Assembly (NCBI GenBank): GCA_041666745.1
Contig: JBAYGI010000005.1
Span: 7,748-71,747, forward strand
From: Candidatus Magasanikiibacteriota bacterium
GTDB lineage: Bacteria; Patescibacteriota; Patescibacteriia; Magasanikbacterales; GWA2-37-8
Reading direction: 5' to 3'
Length of the DNA: 64,000 nucleotides
A model generated the notes under the pieces. The model did no database searches. It worked only from the letters and a program-made list of their open reading frames with translations, and had not been told where the DNA came from. A program made the translations under genes and the position numbers. Shown here one piece after another: positions 1 to 9,348 of this stretch. Numbering within the stretch: position 1 is the stretch's first letter; every line of letters begins with the position of its first letter.

Positions 1-371
1 CCAACTATTATAAACCCAACTAACCCTACAGCTAAATAGCCAAAAGGTTTTTTATAATTGAAGTCAATTTTTTTAATAATAAATCCGGCCAACAGTCCCA
101 AAACTATCAGACTCACAACCAATAAATATGGAAACGATTCCAAAAAAGCAAAGACTCCACTATTGCCAAAACTCAAATATGCCAAATTATCCGATGCTTT
201 CAGATAAAATAAAACCAGATTGAAAAATAAAACCGCCAATAACACGGTTAGTACCAAAGCACTACGCAGTCCCAATTTTTCAGCTAAAAAAATATATTTG
301 GAACGTAATTGTACTCGCCCGCTTTTGATCTCCGCCATGACTTTTTTTTCAATTTGATTTTTATCAGTCAT
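1..371 (-). CDS. Membrane protein downstream of ECF sigma, putative anti-sigma factor (3' end runs off window)
   Basis: Hand translation from ATG at 371: MTDKNQIEKKVMAEIKSGRVQLRSKYIF followed by several hydrophobic segments; starts 2 nt after the sigma gene stop. Confidence 0.7.
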   Translation of the reverse strand, partial: MTDKNQIEKKVMAEIKSGRVQLRSKYIFLAEKLGLRSALVLTVLLAVLFFNLVLFYLKASDNLAYLSFGNSGVFAFLESFPYLLVVSLIVLGLLAGFIIKKIDFNYKKPFGYLAVGLVGFIIV

Positions 372-372
372 A

Positions 373-921
373 TTATTTCTTTTCTAAAAATTCTTTTAAG
401 GCGTTTTTGCCTCGCATGATAAGCGTGCCTACGGTATTGATGGGGATATGCAAAATGTCACTGATTTCTTCGTAAGATTTTTGTTCAAAAAAATATAATA
501 TTATCGGCTCACGATATTTTTCTTTCAAAAACGCGACCCCTTTTTCAATTTTGATTTTGGCGAAACCAATATCCGTATTTTTTTTCAAATCAATTTTTTC
601 ATCCACTATATCCAACTCATGCTCATCCAAAGAAATTTGTCCTCGGTTATTTTTTTTGATATGGTTGATGGCCTGATTATGGGCTATCCTATAAATCCAA
701 GCGGAAAACTTTCTCTCAATATCAAAATCGTATAAATTTTGGTAAGTCCTAATAAAAACTTCTTGAAGGACATCTTCAAGCTCATCTGGATTTTTAATAA
801 ATTTACGTAAATAGTGAGTCAGTTTCAACTGGTAACGCCTGATTATCTCAGCGTATTTTTCCTTATCATGCTCTCTGACTTCCACTACCAGCTGTTCGTC
901 GGTAAATTGATCAAGAGTCAT
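373..921 (-). CDS. ECF-type RNA polymerase sigma-70 factor
   Basis: Region 2 (EDVLQEVF, FSAWIYRIAHN) and region 4 (SYEEISDILHIPINTVGT); likely start is MTLDQ at 921. Confidence 0.93.
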   Translation of the reverse strand: MTLDQFTDEQLVVEVREHDKEKYAEIIRRYQLKLTHYLRKFIKNPDELEDVLQEVFIRTYQNLYDFDIERKFSAWIYRIAHNQAINHIKKNNRGQISLDEHELDIVDEKIDLKKNTDIGFAKIKIEKGVAFLKEKYREPIILYFFEQKSYEEISDILHIPINTVGTLIMRGKNALKEFLEKK

Positions 922-960
922 ATAACTATAATACAAGCGAAGAGTTTTTTTATTTCAAAA

Positions 961-981
961 TATCTCGATAGAATCGAGATA
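961..981 (-). terminator. Hairpin downstream of tRNA-Gln
   Basis: tatctcgat-aga-atcgagata, perfect 9-bp inverted repeat. Confidence 0.45.
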
Positions 982-988
982 TATTTTG

Positions 989-1059
989 TTCCGAGGCTTG
1001 GAATCGAACCAAGATAGACAGCTTCAAAGGCTGTTGTCCTACCTTTAGACGACCTCGGA
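989..1059 (-). tRNA. tRNA-Gln(TTG)
   Basis: Reverse complement folds as a cloverleaf: TCCGAGG acceptor, ACAGC-CT TTG AA-GCTGT anticodon arm, TTCGATT T-loop; no encoded CCA. Confidence 0.93.
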
Positions 1060-1968
1060 TCATACGCGGAGTTGGCGACGCATGGCCAAACCGCTAGATA
1101 ATGTCGTGAGAATCAGTACACAAATAAACTGAACCCCAAACACATACAGGATATTCGAATTGTAGTAATTTGTCAAGGAGAAACCGTCGGTAAAAATTAC
1201 TGACAAATATGGGTCGATAAAACTCAAAGCAAAATAAAGTAGGACTACAGAAACTATCAAGCTTAAAATAGAAAAAATAAGAGATTCCACTAAATACGGC
1301 CCGCGAATAAACCAATTGCTTGCACCGACCAAACGTTTGATTCCAATCTCGGATTTTTGAGTATGAATAGCACTACGAACTGTATTGAACACTATCAAGA
1401 AAGATATACCGGCAAATAATAATACCAATCCAGCTACCGCCTTTTCGGTACGGCTGGTGATGTTTTGAATTTTTTCAATCGCACTTTCGTGTTCATCAAA
1501 ACTCTTTGCCTCGATCAGGTGTGAGTATTCGGGCACGCTCAACGCTTTGATAATTTTTTTATAATCCCCAGGTTCTTTGGTTTTAATCACCATGGTGGGA
1601 CCAAAGGGATTTTTGTCCAATTCAGACAGCGCGTCCAAAATATCTTTGCTTTGACTGTGTCTTTGTTTGAAAGAGTCCAGCACCTCGTCTGCATTTTGCA
1701 CCTTTACATTTACCACTTCCGGAAAAGCATTTACATATTTATTTATTTCCGCCACATTTTTTTCTCCGGCATCAGCACTGAAATATACACTAACATTTAC
1801 CTGATCCTTTATGAGATTGACCGCTTCTTTTGTGATAATTTTTACACACCAAAGAGCGTTGACTGACAAAAGCATCAAAATTAAAATCAAAACGGTCATA
1901 AAAGATAAACCGAAATTTCTCCAAATATCTTGCAAAGCAAATTTTAATATTCTTCCAATAAATATCAT
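1060..1968 (-). CDS. ftsX: Cell division permease FtsX
   Basis: EIGIKRLVGASNWFIRGPYLVE motif, four TM segments, follows ftsE. Confidence 0.92.
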   Translation of the reverse strand: MIFIGRILKFALQDIWRNFGLSFMTVLILILMLLSVNALWCVKIITKEAVNLIKDQVNVSVYFSADAGEKNVAEINKYVNAFPEVVNVKVQNADEVLDSFKQRHSQSKDILDALSELDKNPFGPTMVIKTKEPGDYKKIIKALSVPEYSHLIEAKSFDEHESAIEKIQNITSRTEKAVAGLVLLFAGISFLIVFNTVRSAIHTQKSEIGIKRLVGASNWFIRGPYLVESLIFSILSLIVSVVLLYFALSFIDPYLSVIFTDGFSLTNYYNSNILYVFGVQFICVLILTTLSSGLAMRRQLRV

Positions 1969-1969
1969 A

Positions 1970-2650
1970 TTACAAAATATATTTTCCGGCCTCTTGATCC
2001 AATGTCAAATGGCCGTCGTGCAAAGTAATCACACGGCGACGCAAGGCATTGACCACTTCACGATTGTGAGTTAACAAAACAATTGTAGTTCCGAATTCAT
2101 TGATTTTTTTTAAAATCTGAATAATTTCCTCGGCATTGATAGTGTCTAGATTCCCAGTCGGCTCATCAGCTACTATAATTTTTGGTCTGTGCGCCAATGA
2201 TCGAGCGATAGCGACACGCTGTTGCTCACCACCAGATAATTGCATTGGATAACGTTTGTGACGATCAGACAAACCAACGATTTCCAACAATTGTGGTACC
2301 ACTTGCACGATACGGTGTTTCTTTTCGCCGGCTACTTCCAGAGCAAATGATACATTTTCATAAACAGTTTTTTGTGGTAACAGTTTATAATCCTGAAAAA
2401 TCATACCAATCTGACGGCGCAAAAAAGGAATCTCATTTTTTTTGATATTGGTGATATCCCAATCACCTATTTTGATTCGTCCTTTGGTAGGATTTTCTTC
2501 GGCAATCAAAAGCTTGGTAAAGGTGGTTTTACCACTACCGCTTTGACCGATAATCGAAACAAACTCACCGGCTTTGATATGTAAACTGATATCACGCAAG
2601 GCGACTGAATTTGCTGAATATATTTTTGTAATACCTTCAACTGTAATCAT
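1970..2650 (-). CDS. ftsE: Cell division ATP-binding protein FtsE
   Basis: [41 protein letters not shown]. Confidence 0.95.
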   Translation of the reverse strand: MITVEGITKIYSANSVALRDISLHIKAGEFVSIIGQSGSGKTTFTKLLIAEENPTKGRIKIGDWDITNIKKNEIPFLRRQIGMIFQDYKLLPQKTVYENVSFALEVAGEKKHRIVQVVPQLLEIVGLSDRHKRYPMQLSGGEQQRVAIARSLAHRPKIIVADEPTGNLDTINAEEIIQILKKINEFGTTIVLLTHNREVVNALRRRVITLHDGHLTLDQEAGKYIL

Positions 2651-2701
2651 AAAGATTGATATATTATAACACAGTTTTCAAATAATCAAAAATCTAGATA
2701 T

Positions 2702-2777
2702 TGGAGCCATCTTCGGGAATCGAACCCGAGACCTTCTCGTTACGAGTGAGATGCTCTACCAACTGAGCTAAGATGGC
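2702..2777 (-). tRNA. tRNA-Thr(CGT)
   Basis: GCCATCT acceptor, AGCTCAGTTGGTAGAGC D-arm, CT CGT AA loop, GGTTCGATTCC, encoded CCA. Confidence 0.93.
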
Positions 2778-2791
2778 GTGATATTACATCG

Positions 2792-2862
2792 AGCGGGATA
2801 CGGGAATCGAACCCGCATCTTAGCCTTGGGAAGGCCACATACTACCACTGTACTAATCCCGC
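2792..2862 (-). tRNA. tRNA-Gly(CCC)
   Basis: GCGGGAT acceptor, TGGCC-TT CCC AA-GGCTA anticodon arm, GGTTCGATTCC. Confidence 0.93.
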
Positions 2863-2865
2863 AAC

Positions 2866-2895
2866 AAAATGAGGGCTTGTTGCGCCCTCATTTTT
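2866..2895 (-). terminator. Intrinsic terminator-like hairpin after the PPIase gene
   Basis: aaaatgagggc-ttgttgc-gccctcatttt. Confidence 0.55.
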
Positions 2896-2902
2896 ATTCA
2901 AC

Positions 2903-3949
2903 TTATTTATTTAGATCTAGAAACGGATTGTGTACCTTTGCATACAATTTGAAGGTGGCAGTTTTTGCCAACTGATCCAAAAATGTTTCCGGGGTTAAGA
3001 AACGGAACAATATATGACGTGCGTGCACTTTTTCCGCTGAAACAGTTTTGCCTTTGGCGTCTTTTGTTTTTTCGATTTTTCTTTCTTCCAATTTTATAAT
3101 GTGATAACCATATTCAGTTTGCACCAAATCCTGAGTGATTTCACTCGCCTTGAGCGCATATACCGCTTTTTCAAATTCCGGCACCATATCCCCTTTTCCA
3201 AACCAACCCAGATCACCGCCGTTGGCTTTGGTACCATCCTCACCGTATATTTTGGCTTCTTCAGCAAAATCTTTACCGGCTTTTATTTCATTTAGCACTG
3301 TCAACGCTTTATTGCGAATTTCTTCCTGAGCTTTTTGGTCACCTTGAATTTTTTCTCCGATTTTTTGTTGTAAAATAAAATTCTTAATTACTTTTTCTTC
3401 ATACTGTGCATAAGTCCAACCATAGCGTTGTTGGATTTCTTTTTCAACTTCCGTCATATCTTTAAACTGTTTCAACAAACTGGCTTTTAGATCTTCTATA
3501 TCTTTCGCTTCTACTTGTACACCGTATTTTATGGCCGCCTCTTTTACTAAAATATTATTGGCCAAACGCCACAAAACTTGATCCGACATTTGTTCGGCGG
3601 TCAAACCGGCAGCGTTACCTTGATTGGCTTTGTCGAAAGCAACCAACTTTTGAATTGCATGCACATCATCGACATAATTCGAATATAATATACTTTCGCC
3701 GTTGACCTTCAATACCGGTAGACACAAAATTCTGGCGACTGTCACGGTAAATTTATCGGTTGCCGCTTTTGCGTATACACGATAAATACCAACTCCGGTG
3801 GAAATTACGATTGCCGCTACCAAAATAGAAACCAAACCGGTTACAAACATTTTCATGTTTTTATTTTCGTCTGATGACTTATGTGTAGCCGAAACCGGCT
3901 CCTCCGCCACTGTTTTTTGTTGTTCCTCCTGAGGAATATTTTGTTCCAT
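2903..3949 (-). CDS. Membrane-anchored parvulin peptidyl-prolyl isomerase (PrsA/SurA-like foldase)
   Basis: N-terminal TM; GGDLGWFGKGDMVPEFEKA, TEYGYHIIK, HARHIL. Confidence 0.9.
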   Translation of the reverse strand: MEQNIPQEEQQKTVAEEPVSATHKSSDENKNMKMFVTGLVSILVAAIVISTGVGIYRVYAKAATDKFTVTVARILCLPVLKVNGESILYSNYVDDVHAIQKLVAFDKANQGNAAGLTAEQMSDQVLWRLANNILVKEAAIKYGVQVEAKDIEDLKASLLKQFKDMTEVEKEIQQRYGWTYAQYEEKVIKNFILQQKIGEKIQGDQKAQEEIRNKALTVLNEIKAGKDFAEEAKIYGEDGTKANGGDLGWFGKGDMVPEFEKAVYALKASEITQDLVQTEYGYHIIKLEERKIEKTKDAKGKTVSAEKVHARHILFRFLTPETFLDQLAKTATFKLYAKVHNPFLDLNK

Positions 3950-3957
3950 AGAATTAA

Positions 3958-4371
3958 TTAATTATTATTTTTAAAAAAGAAAAATTTAAACCACTTTATT
4001 GGATTTTTAACATTAGACCATTTTACCAAATTCGGTTCCGGTTGTCCAATATCGTTTTTTGATGAACCACTGGGTATTACTGCCATTTTTTCCCCCGGTT
4101 TTAATAAATTTAGCTCTGTACGGGCTTTTTCTTCCACAAAAGCTTGGGATTGGACATGTTTAAAAATCTCCATTGTCTCCAATTTTTTGGCTTCCAAATT
4201 ACCAACTTCTTCATGTAGTGTATTGATCTCACTACGAACTTTATACTCTTGATAATACGCCCGAATGTACGAAAAAATCAATAGCACCGCCAAGCCAAAC
4301 AAAACCAGTAAAAACCAGCGCGAATAAAAAACATTTTTCCAATTTCCATTTTTCGATTCTGCCATAATCAA
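3958..4371 (-). CDS. Septum formation initiator (FtsB/DivIC family)
   Basis: TM plus coiled coil plus EEKARTELNLLKPGEK motif. Confidence 0.85.
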   Translation of the reverse strand: MIMAESKNGNWKNVFYSRWFLLVLFGLAVLLIFSYIRAYYQEYKVRSEINTLHEEVGNLEAKKLETMEIFKHVQSQAFVEEKARTELNLLKPGEKMAVIPSGSSKNDIGQPEPNLVKWSNVKNPIKWFKFFFFKNNN

Positions 4372-4388
4372 ATTATACCACTTTTTTA

Positions 4389-5021
4389 TTATTCTTCAAT
4401 TTCTTGGTCGATTAACTTTAATTGTTCCTCAGTTAAATCGTGAATTTCACACAACTGCGCCTCATCTAAATCTGGAATTATATTTACAAATGCTTTATAT
4501 ACAGAATCCTGATCACGTAAATTTTTATTATTAACAAAATTATTTTTATGTTCCAGAATCAGATCCAAAATTCTTTGTGGATATTTAACCTGATTTAATT
4601 CCAATGACGCTTGTTCGTCATCAGTTTCAATCGTAACTGAACCGTAATTTAAAATATTTGGAAGAAAACCTTTTCTGCGAACATACACATCCACAATATC
4701 ATTGAAATGTATTACGGATAAATATTCGTCGAACCAACCGACACGATTGACATTTATCAAGCGCTCTGTGGTAATAATTGAAAAATTTTTATTATTAAAA
4801 TACCAAGTGCGAAAAATAATAAATAAACCGACAAACATCGCCAGTCCGTACAGTACATATCCCCAAGCACCTTGAGAAAACAACCAAAACATAAAAAATG
4901 AAGCACCGCTCAAAAATGCAAAGCCAAATAAGTATAACCAAAAATAAGTAAAGAAGAAAGCTTTAACAATCAAAATTATTTCTTCATTTTGTCTTAAATT
5001 AATTTTTTTGGCTAGCGACAT
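4389..5021 (-). CDS. Membrane protein with bacterial PH domain
   Basis: Two TM segments then IITTERLI...NYGSVTIET pattern. Confidence 0.7.
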   Translation of the reverse strand: MSLAKKINLRQNEEIILIVKAFFFTYFWLYLFGFAFLSGASFFMFWLFSQGAWGYVLYGLAMFVGLFIIFRTWYFNNKNFSIITTERLINVNRVGWFDEYLSVIHFNDIVDVYVRRKGFLPNILNYGSVTIETDDEQASLELNQVKYPQRILDLILEHKNNFVNNKNLRDQDSVYKAFVNIIPDLDEAQLCEIHDLTEEQLKLIDQEIEE

Positions 5022-6306
5022 AATGTTCTAAAATTTCTCTAGCGGCGGTACGATCATCCCAAGGAATTTTTTCTCCGTTGGCAATAGCGATATACGGCTC
5101 AGTTCCTTTGGCGGTAAGCACAACCACATCTCCGGATTTTGCCAAACTAAAAGCTTTTTGAATACCTTTGAAACGATCAATCACTACAAATAAATCCTGT
5201 CCTTCTTTTTTTCCGGACAATACCGCGCCTTGAGCCAACATCTGAGCAATCTGCATCGGGTCTTCATCAAAACAATTTACATCCGAAATCACAATATAAT
5301 CACAAAGTTTGCCGGCGATCTCCCCCATTTTCGAACGCTTGGCAACATCTCGCCCACCACCATCAGAACCGATCAAAGCGATTATTTTGCCTTTGGAAAT
5401 TTTTCTTAAAGTTGTAAACAGTTCGGTCAAACTCATTGGTTCGTGAGCGTAATCCACAACTACTTTAAAATCTTGTCCCGCGTTGATAAACTCCATGCGT
5501 CCATCTATTTTCGCAATTTCTTTCAAACCGTTTGCTATTTTTTCTTCGGAAATATTTTGAGTTTTGCCGACCGCTATGGCGGCCAAGGCATTGTAAGCAT
5601 TGAAATCACCGACCAAATTTATATGATAATTTTTGTTATCCACTTTGAAACGCACCCCCAGCTCATCTGAAGACAAAATTTCTCCTTGTAAAACCTGTGA
5701 AACATTTGGGTTGGTTTTGGCATGCAAACTATAACCCACTTTTTTATCCGCCCAATATTTTAAATAAAATTCAGCGTTTTCATCATCTAAATTTACCGCG
5801 ATAACTTTTTCAATTTTTTTATCATTTAAAATTTTGTGAGAATATTTTTTTAGAGCAGAAAATAATTTGCCTTTGTCCGCTTTGAGATTTTCAAAACCTC
5901 CGTGGCGTTCACTATGTTCGGTACCCAAATTTGTAAAAACAGCGACGTCGTAATGCAAACCATAATGACGATATTGCAAAATCCCTTCAGACGATGTTTC
6001 CACTACCGCATACTGACAACCGGCTTCTACCATCTCCGCAAGCATTTTTTGAATTTGCCCCAAACCAAGCATGGTCATTTTTTTATCATTGAGCCAACGT
6101 TTTTCACCGATTTGAAACTCAACCGTCGACATCAAACCGACTTTGTACCCACCGGCTTTCAATACTTCGGCAATAAATTTGCAGGTGGTGGATTTCCCTT
6201 TCGTGCCTGTAACTCCCACTACGATTAATTTACGCGCTGGGCGACAATAGTACCAATATGCCACCAAAGCAATTATTAGATGTTTTAGATTTTTGATTTT
6301 TTGCAT
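4999..6306 (-). CDS. murE: Mur ligase MurE (UDP-MurNAc-tripeptide synthetase)
   Basis: GVTGTKGKSTT P-loop, VETSS, FTNL, GRME, VDYAHEP, GGRD. Confidence 0.88.
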   Translation of the reverse strand: MQKIKNLKHLIIALVAYWYYCRPARKLIVVGVTGTKGKSTTCKFIAEVLKAGGYKVGLMSTVEFQIGEKRWLNDKKMTMLGLGQIQKMLAEMVEAGCQYAVVETSSEGILQYRHYGLHYDVAVFTNLGTEHSERHGGFENLKADKGKLFSALKKYSHKILNDKKIEKVIAVNLDDENAEFYLKYWADKKVGYSLHAKTNPNVSQVLQGEILSSDELGVRFKVDNKNYHINLVGDFNAYNALAAIAVGKTQNISEEKIANGLKEIAKIDGRMEFINAGQDFKVVVDYAHEPMSLTELFTTLRKISKGKIIALIGSDGGGRDVAKRSKMGEIAGKLCDYIVISDVNCFDEDPMQIAQMLAQGAVLSGKKEGQDLFVVIDRFKGIQKAFSLAKSGDVVVLTAKGTEPYIAIANGEKIPWDDRTAAREILEHYVASQKN

Positions 6307-6317
6307 AAAGCCCGATT

Positions 6318-6890
6318 TTAGTTTCTAATGGTAACTTCATAAACCACCTGCTCCAATTTTTGCAACGCTTGTTTGGCTTGATCAAATTTATTGCGATGAT
6401 AACCGGTCAAATCCATATCCATCAATTCACCAATAATCTCTTCAGCGTATTCGTAACATTTTTTTGTTAGATCAAAATTACGAGCAGTGGCCGCCCGAAT
6501 CGCATAACGACACAGCTCACCCGGTACATCACACAGACCGCTGATAAAAGCATCGGAATCCACCTCCACTACTTTTATTTTACCAACCGGTTTTTCGTGC
6601 ACATAGCTATTGAACAACACCGCTTCGACATATTCTTCCAAAGCGGCTTTGTAAGACCCCTCACCAAACAAGCGTCTGTCTGCCTTGAATTTTTTATTCA
6701 TTTCCAAAAGCAAGCCCTCAGCCAACTTCAGTCTTTCGCTACCACCTTCTTTATCATCGCGCTGGAGAGCAAAAATGGCCTTCTTAGCGTGTTGTTGAGC
6801 GTCACCTGACATCTTTATAACCTCACGTCTTTTTTGAGCATAGCTCAACAAATCTGACCTCACCGATTGAATATATTTCTTATCTAACAT
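6318..6890 (-). CDS. Translin/TRAX-family protein
   Basis: All-helical 190 aa; ALEEYVEA, GLCDVPGELCR and RNKFD motifs typical of translin/Trax. Confidence 0.82.
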   Translation of the reverse strand: MLDKKYIQSVRSDLLSYAQKRREVIKMSGDAQQHAKKAIFALQRDDKEGGSERLKLAEGLLLEMNKKFKADRRLFGEGSYKAALEEYVEAVLFNSYVHEKPVGKIKVVEVDSDAFISGLCDVPGELCRYAIRAATARNFDLTKKCYEYAEEIIGELMDMDLTGYHRNKFDQAKQALQKLEQVVYEVTIRN

Positions 6891-6980
6891 AAATTATCCA
6901 CTTTAAAAGTTAAGGGCACTTGATTTTTTATTGATTTTATTATATCATTCTTTTTGTTGTTTTGTCTATGCAAAATATAC

Positions 6981-7007
6981 CCTCCTTCGCCAAGGCTATG
7001 GCGGGCA
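6981..7007. repeat. REP-like short repeat (cttcg..aggctatggcg family) in the tRNA-Lys leader
   Basis: cctccttcgccaaggctatggcgggca; related copies at 24841-24874 and, inverted, 32362-32389. Confidence 0.65.
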
Positions 7008-7011
7008 AAAT

Positions 7012-7084
7012 GGGCCGGTAGCTCAGCTGGTAGAGCAGATCCCTTTTAAGGATAAGGTCCCGGGTTCGAGCCCCGGCCGGCCCA
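7012..7084 (+). tRNA. tRNA-Lys(TTT)
   Basis: GGGCCGG acceptor, GCTCAGCTGGTAGAGC, CT TTT AA loop, GGTTCGAGCC. Confidence 0.93.
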
Positions 7085-7088
7085 CTAG

Positions 7089-7119
7089 AAAAAATACTCC
7101 AACTTGTTGGGGTATTTTT
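7089..7119 (+). terminator. Terminator after tRNA-Lys
   Basis: aaaaatactccaac-tt-gttggggtattttt. Confidence 0.7.
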
Positions 7120-7130
7120 GTATATAATTA

Positions 7131-7266
7131 CGGCCGGGGCTCGAACAAAGGGGTGGTGGGGAAAGTATTTCCCCACATTGCTGAGGAAGGCTTGTGGAAA
7201 CCCGAAGGTTTCCGCAGGAGGATCCGCCGACAGGCGGAGACGACGTTCGCGCCCCGGCCGGCCCAC
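7131..7266. mobile_element. Non-coding mini-element bounded by inverted copies of the tRNA-Lys T-arm/acceptor sequence
   Basis: 7131-7146 is the reverse complement of tRNA 7064-7079; 7245-7266 repeats tRNA 7064-7085 at 21/22; three internal hairpins. Confidence 0.6.
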
Positions 7267-7272
7267 AAAGCA

Positions 7273-7303
7273 AAAACCCTCCGATTTGATTCGAAGGGTT
7301 TTT
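7273..7303. terminator. Bidirectional terminator-like hairpin
   Basis: aaaaaccctccga-tttgat-tcgaagggttttt, followed by a T-rich tract. Confidence 0.6.
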
Positions 7304-7316
7304 CTTTTTTATCTCT

Positions 7317-9314
7317 TTATTTCTCCGGACCAACATGCACACCTATTTTTGCCCCACCGGAAATTGATTTTCCAAAATATGTCAATTCCACATAAGGCGC
7401 ATCTTTTTTGAGGGTGTATTTCTTTTTTATATCAAGCTTCAAAGCTATGTTGGTACTTTTGGCGCCAGTCATTTTCAACCAAACATAGTTGTTGTTATAT
7501 TTAGTAACTTTAAATTGAAAAGCTACTCCACTATAAATAAATGATTTGTTGGTGCAAATAGTATAAACACCATCTACCCCTTTTTCATCAGTACAACTTT
7601 CACTGTATGAATCCTGCAAAGAAGTATTGGAATCTACTTTGAACAACGCCCTACCTTCGGCTCCGACACCAATATAAGTTATAGTCAAATATTTTCCCGG
7701 CTTATTGACAACATAGAAAGTTTCCGGAGTATTTAAAACCAAGTCTGCATCTTCTTCACTCAAGCCTGCGAGCTCTACATTGGCTTCCTCACCATCATTG
7801 CTAATCACTTTTATTTTTGTTCCACTCCAATAGTGATCAATAGCAAAACCATTACAAATCAAAACATTACTATTTCCAGATTTTATATCACTACAAGCTG
7901 GCAAAGGTTTGGTGGTTGGAGAGGAAGTGGCGGTAGTGGCGTAGGAAAAATTTACATAATCAGACCACTGGCCGGTAAAGCCATTTGGAAACATTGGTAA
8001 AACTCTAACTTTAAATTGACCGTCTCCCCATAATGGCGCAGTTTGCAAAGTGTTGGAATAAGTTTTCCATTTCATAACCGCTGACCACAATGGTTGAGAA
8101 CATTTTTCACAAGCTACTTCTACTTGATATTGGTTGGCATTATCTACTTTTTTCCAAATTAAATCCACAATTCGTGGGTAGTTTGTAAGAATAGAACCAT
8201 TGTCTGGTGAAGTAATTGTGGTTTTGGCCATTTCATCAACCCACGGAGTTTTGTTATCATCACTTTTTGGTTTAGCCAAGCAAGTTCCATCCGCACAACC
8301 ATATGGACATTTGTACCACTGAGTATGAACATAATTTTTACCACTGGCAGAACTGCAATGTGTTTCAGCTATAAAATTTCCTGACACTTTATTTTTATCA
8401 CCAATATATATACCACAAGAATCAGGATACACATCATAAGCTCCGGTTAATTCATCGTTACCGGTAGCGATACCAAAAACATTGTAATTTAATTTGTCGG
8501 TTTCTGTACATTTGGCATTTGGAGTAGCAACTGGTTTAATTTTGCACGCTCCTTTAAAACAACCATAATCGCATTTGTACCACTGGTCATGAACTTTGCC
8601 ATAAGAACAATTTTTTTCATCAATATAAGCACCCTCGGATTTTCCTGAATCCCCAACATAATTTCCACAACTATCTTCAAAAGTACCTTTGGATAAACCA
8701 TTTTCTGATTGACCGGTGGCGTTACCAAATACATTGTAATCCAAGCCTTTATCACTTTCACTACAAGCTGGAGTTTCGACGGGAGTTGGAGCCGTCATTT
8801 TTAAACAAGCGCCATTTTCACAACCGTTTTCACATTTATACCACTGGGTATGCACATAGCCATTGGAACAATTACGTTCAGCTATATATGAGCCTTTTTC
8901 TTTATTTAAATCACCTACACTGGCACCACAACTATCATTTACTGTAGCTATCGAAGTTGAACCCTCAATAATACCAGTCGCCCAACTGGAAGTGTAATAA
9001 TCTAATCCACTATCGCCTTCCGTACAACTAATTTTGGTGGCGGTTGCAGAGTCATCACAAGGTTTCCAATTTACATAATATTCAGTATCTGAAGTACATT
9101 TCATGGTATAAAACTGATAACCATACTCGGTTTTTCGACAAGCGGTCGTCAAAACATAAGTAGAATTATCTCTTGTTATCTGAATATCGTTGCCAACTTG
9201 TACACATTTGGTCACAGCTACTGGATTCCCACCAACATCTGGCAAAGCATACGTAGCCACTGGCACTGCCAACAAAAAGGCAAATACCACTAACGAAAGA
9301 AAAATTTTCTTCAT
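7317..9314 (-). CDS. Secreted cysteine-rich repeat surface protein with FN3-like domain
   Basis: Signal peptide; three repeats C(T/S)ExD..LxY...G..DSCG...E..C..G.VHxQWYKCxxGCxxGxC; WKKVDNANQYQVEV...WSDY FN3-like segment. Confidence 0.8.
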   Translation of the reverse strand: MKKIFLSLVVFAFLLAVPVATYALPDVGGNPVAVTKCVQVGNDIQITRDNSTYVLTTACRKTEYGYQFYTMKCTSDTEYYVNWKPCDDSATATKISCTEGDSGLDYYTSSWATGIIEGSTSIATVNDSCGASVGDLNKEKGSYIAERNCSNGYVHTQWYKCENGCENGACLKMTAPTPVETPACSESDKGLDYNVFGNATGQSENGLSKGTFEDSCGNYVGDSGKSEGAYIDEKNCSYGKVHDQWYKCDYGCFKGACKIKPVATPNAKCTETDKLNYNVFGIATGNDELTGAYDVYPDSCGIYIGDKNKVSGNFIAETHCSSASGKNYVHTQWYKCPYGCADGTCLAKPKSDDNKTPWVDEMAKTTITSPDNGSILTNYPRIVDLIWKKVDNANQYQVEVACEKCSQPLWSAVMKWKTYSNTLQTAPLWGDGQFKVRVLPMFPNGFTGQWSDYVNFSYATTATSSPTTKPLPACSDIKSGNSNVLICNGFAIDHYWSGTKIKVISNDGEEANVELAGLSEEDADLVLNTPETFYVVNKPGKYLTITYIGVGAEGRALFKVDSNTSLQDSYSESCTDEKGVDGVYTICTNKSFIYSGVAFQFKVTKYNNNYVWLKMTGAKSTNIALKLDIKKKYTLKKDAPYVELTYFGKSISGGAKIGVHVGPEK

Positions 9315-9348
9315 AATTAGTTTAGATTATTAATAAATTATATTTTTA

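Noticed and set aside
6931-7411. Four overlapping ORFs in the track
   Set aside because: They overlap tRNA-Lys and GC-rich hairpins and are open by chance.
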